Source of the DNA: Thermoanaerobaculia bacterium | GTDB taxonomy: Bacteria; Acidobacteriota; Thermoanaerobaculia; Multivoradales; UBA5704 | Direction of reading: 5' to 3' | DNA: 64,000 bases | NCBI GenBank assembly: GCA_036399915.1 | Contig: DASWME010000219.1 | Location: 343 to 64,342, forward strand | Shown: in pieces, positions 63,936 through 64,000 of the stretch | How the letters are laid out: each line of letters begins with the position of its first letter | Position numbering within the stretch: the stretch's first letter is position 1 | Notes under the pieces: model-generated | Databases searched by the model: none | The model's input: the letters and a program-made list of their open reading frames with translations, nothing else | Told to the model about the DNA's origin: nothing | Made by a program: the position numbers and the translations under genes

Positions 63936-64000
63936 GGCGAGCCCTACCGCTGGTCACAGTCCCCCCAGCAGGCGTTTCAGCGCGTCGAGGTCCGCCGGCT

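Noticed and set aside
63953-64000. Possible C-terminal end of a minus-strand gene at the right edge (...PADLDALKRLLGGL*).
   Set aside because: Only 15 codons are visible, which is too short to support a call.

Overview
This is a very GC-rich (roughly 65-70% by eye, not computed), densely coding bacterial chromosomal segment with about 58 supportable CDS. The taxon is probably Acidobacteriota. That is an inference from gene content, for example a secreted protein with a VWFA-related domain of the type I recall as TIGR03436. Most of the window is core metabolism and envelope or translation functions: ahcY-metK, rpiB, murB, comM, secA, guaB, arfB, citrate synthase and a sulfite/APS-reductase plus siroheme operon (sir-cysH-orf-sirC-cobA), with assorted hydrolases and transporters. 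Against that background several accessory or unusual elements stand out. (1) Three paralogous ECF-type sigma factor genes lie in tandem, two of them each coupled to a soluble zinc-finger/TPR-like anti-sigma protein, with a small secreted peptide gene embedded (210-5131). (2) An islet of about 2.8 kb sits between housekeeping genes. It consists of an AT-rich, roughly 20-bp phased array of the 9-mer AAACAATGT (10522-10672) followed by a single TIR-NB-ARC-TPR STAND NTPase gene (10877-13272). That gene has no canonical start codon and shows an apparent 1-nt frameshift just before its P-loop. (3) A 1295-aa membrane-anchored ankyrin-repeat protein carries a C-terminal Ada-like H/C3 zinc motif (36036-39923). 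(4) Two families of palindromic REP/MITE-like intergenic repeats are present. (5) A four-helix-bundle (rRNA-IVS-type) gene is bracketed by inverted heptamer arrays. (6) An unusually long, structured non-coding gap of about 0.8 kb lies at 45816-46634. No rRNA, tRNA, CRISPR array, transposase or integrase could be supported. All functional calls rest on motif and family recognition from the supplied translations. No database search was run. Many long ORFs in the supplied track are off-frame or antisense shadows typical of high-GC DNA and were not called.
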